From: Ophelia neglecta | Lineage: Eukaryota | DNA: 64,000 nt | Reading direction: 5' to 3' | NCBI GenBank assembly: GCA_965285935.1 | Contig: OZ260666.1 | Span: forward strand, 7,688,001-7,752,000 | Part shown: piece after piece, positions 63,001 to 64,000 of the stretch | How positions within the stretch are numbered: the stretch's first letter is position 1 | Layout of the letters: each line of letters begins with the position of its first letter | Translations under genes and position numbers: made by a program | The notes under the pieces: model-generated | What the model saw: only the letters and a program-made list of their open reading frames with translations | Databases searched by the model: none | Told to the model about the DNA's origin: nothing

Positions 63001-63913
63001 TTGGCAGGAAAACGGCGAACTGAAAAGATAAGGCGAAGAGAGAACAAATGGACATGCACAAGTGGATAAACCAATCATCCTATTACACCCAAGTTTCATC
63101 ATTTCTTTTATAGGACACAGATGCGAGGCGTTTAGCAACGTTGAAGGGTGTTCAGAGAAGCTAAAAGCCAAATTTCTGTCAGGAAGAAGATCTTGTTTAA
63201 ACAGTATGATGTCAATGCTATGTCATTTATGGGTTGCCTGCGCAGTCGGGTTGGTTTTGGAAAATGCAAAGAGGATAGAATGATATTGTTATCTGATATC
63301 AAGTCCCCAACTTCAGTGGTTAAGACAGCCTAGTGGGAGGCCAGACCTGTGAGTTTGTCCAATCACATTCTCTCTCAAGATAAATGAGGCTCGGGGGTCA
63401 TGAACTGGAGAGAGTCGCGATTACTAAAGATGTCAACGTACATGTAAAAGTCTCCAAACTCATCGGGAACTTCTTACTAATAGTCGCAAAATAAACATCA
63501 GTGCAAGGTTCAGCCAATAATCCTCCTGTCGCCAATTGGTAGTTCCTGGCGGAAGGCCATATGCCATACATCACAATCATAGCAACCGTTTTGGAGTCCA
63601 AAAGACACAATTTTCAGATGATTATTGGGATACGGTATTGACCGTTTTGTTTGTGGGAAACAGCAATTCCACCTTGGCCAATTCAAGAATAATAGTGACA
63701 ATCACAACTAGGCAGGGTGAGGGCATGGATGAAAAAAGGGGGCTAATTTGCTGCACAGGATTCACCGATAATGCTTCCATATATAGTTTTGGACAAACGC
63801 CCTCGAAACACTAGCCCACAGGCTGAACAGGCTTCGTTCTCCTTACGTAGGAGGTGTGGGAATCTGAATACTCGTCGTTTTAATCTATTTTGCAACCAGA
63901 ATCTTACCTCCAT
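48031..63913 (-). CDS. Temptin-domain DBH-like copper type II ascorbate-dependent monooxygenase (about 591 aa). Exons 63913-63908, 63019-62819, 60699-60453, 59654-59469, 57630-57479, 57129-56889, 51879-51783, 51486-51326, 50266-50126, 48860-48689, 48202-48031
   Basis: Spliced length 1776 nt, in phase. Signal peptide MEFAVFLPMLAAFGSSCLG; temptin motifs IPNG..VPNPC, GH...GGGG.RN.FG.DF, DSDGDGKTNGEEL.DPDC, SHPG; CuH ligands VMHHSLLYGC and ETHWNNP; CuM ligands HMHYLG and DEMC; hydrophobic C-terminus. First and last exons are less certain. Confidence 0.87.
49769..49809 (+). repeat. Imperfect (CA)n microsatellite
   Basis: Direct reading. Confidence 0.85.
50710..51185 (+). repeat. Highly degenerate intronic minisatellite, period about 37 bp
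   Basis: A core resembling ACCCTGTGCTCGGAATCT recurs about 10 times (e.g. near 50807, 50843, 50880, 50917, 50960, 51037, 51074). Confidence 0.7.
52925..56630 (+). mobile_element. Tc1/mariner-superfamily DNA transposon, 3706 bp, 33-bp TIRs, TA target-site duplication
   Basis: TA|CAGTTATGCTCGCGACAGGCCGGTCCGATATTG ... CAATATCGGACCGGCCTTTCGCGAGCATAACTG|TA (1 mismatch); contains transposase exons. Confidence 0.93.
54747..55902 (+). pseudogene. Spliced DD34E transposase C-terminal half. Exons about 54747-55016, 55222-55422, 55855-55902
   Basis: HVWGGISRRG, DNDPKH, SPDLNPIELVW, terminal NGGYTGC*; two phase-0 GT-AG introns; AATAAA downstream. There is an upstream in-frame TGA at 54744, and no HTH or first Asp is recognisable. 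Confidence 0.82.
57253..57432 (+). repeat. Degenerate tandem repeat, period about 30 bp (tatcagtagtatgtagtagcaatgatttac-like)
   Basis: Direct reading, about 5-6 units, intron 5 of the monooxygenase. Confidence 0.75.
58746..59120. mobile_element. Putative small non-autonomous element
   Basis: 10-bp IR CCGAGCGCAG/CTGCGCTCGG, 20-bp internal direct repeat (58837 and 59038), subterminal hairpin AGGCCCTTCGGGCCT. Confidence 0.45.
61150..61316 (+). repeat. 31-bp minisatellite, 5+ units, with degenerate flanks (about 61105-61500)
   Basis: CATATCTAACGATATACCAGGACAGGGACAA-like units at 61150, 61181, 61212, 61243, 61274 and partially 61305. Confidence 0.92.
62530..62683 (+). mobile_element. Solo right end of a diverged relative of the 52925-56630 transposon
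   Basis: cgacctcatgttgcgatatc...gcagaactg|TA aligns to cgacctcatgttgcaatatc...gcataactg|TA. Confidence 0.7.
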
Positions 63914-64000
63914 CGTGTAAATTTATTTCGCCAATGGTAAGCGCTGGCTCAATTTAGGTGTTAAATTCATCGATTAGAAATTGAGGGTCCACGAGGGTCT

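Noticed and set aside
48031-63913. Assigning symbols DBH, TBH or MOXD1 (and ETNK1 for the kinases)
   Set aside because: Family membership is clear, but architecture and motifs differ and orthology cannot be established without a phylogeny.
1-64000. tRNA/rRNA genes, prokaryotic operons, horizontal transfer of the kinases
   Set aside because: No such RNA structures were recognised; the genes are intron-rich with ETNK-like N-terminal motifs typical of animals.

Overview
AT-rich animal genomic DNA, probably lophotrochozoan (temptin domain, mollusc-type repeats); there are no prokaryotic features and most ORF-track entries are exon fragments or noise. (1) About 1-45.9 kb, + strand: a tandem array of five intact 9-exon ethanolamine/choline-kinase-like genes. 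Copy 1 is cut by the window edge. Subfamily A is copies 1-3 and subfamily B is copies 4-5. The array also holds a near-identical 4.3-kb duplication with an orphan first exon, exon-1 relics in every spacer, inverted exon-7 fragments and a decayed sixth unit. Catalytic residues are kept, but the aromatic substrate pocket is remodelled and varies between paralogs. (2) About 46.2-47.7 kb: a decayed L1/Tx1-type LINE. (3) 48031-63913, - strand, convergent with the array: an 11-exon gene of about 591 aa encoding signal peptide, temptin-like domain, DBH-like copper monooxygenase with all six Cu ligands, and a hydrophobic tail. Its intron 6 contains a 3.7-kb TA-flanked Tc1-like element whose DD34E transposase is itself split by introns. 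All gene models were assembled by hand from splice signals, reading phase and motif homology; no transcript data or database searches were used.
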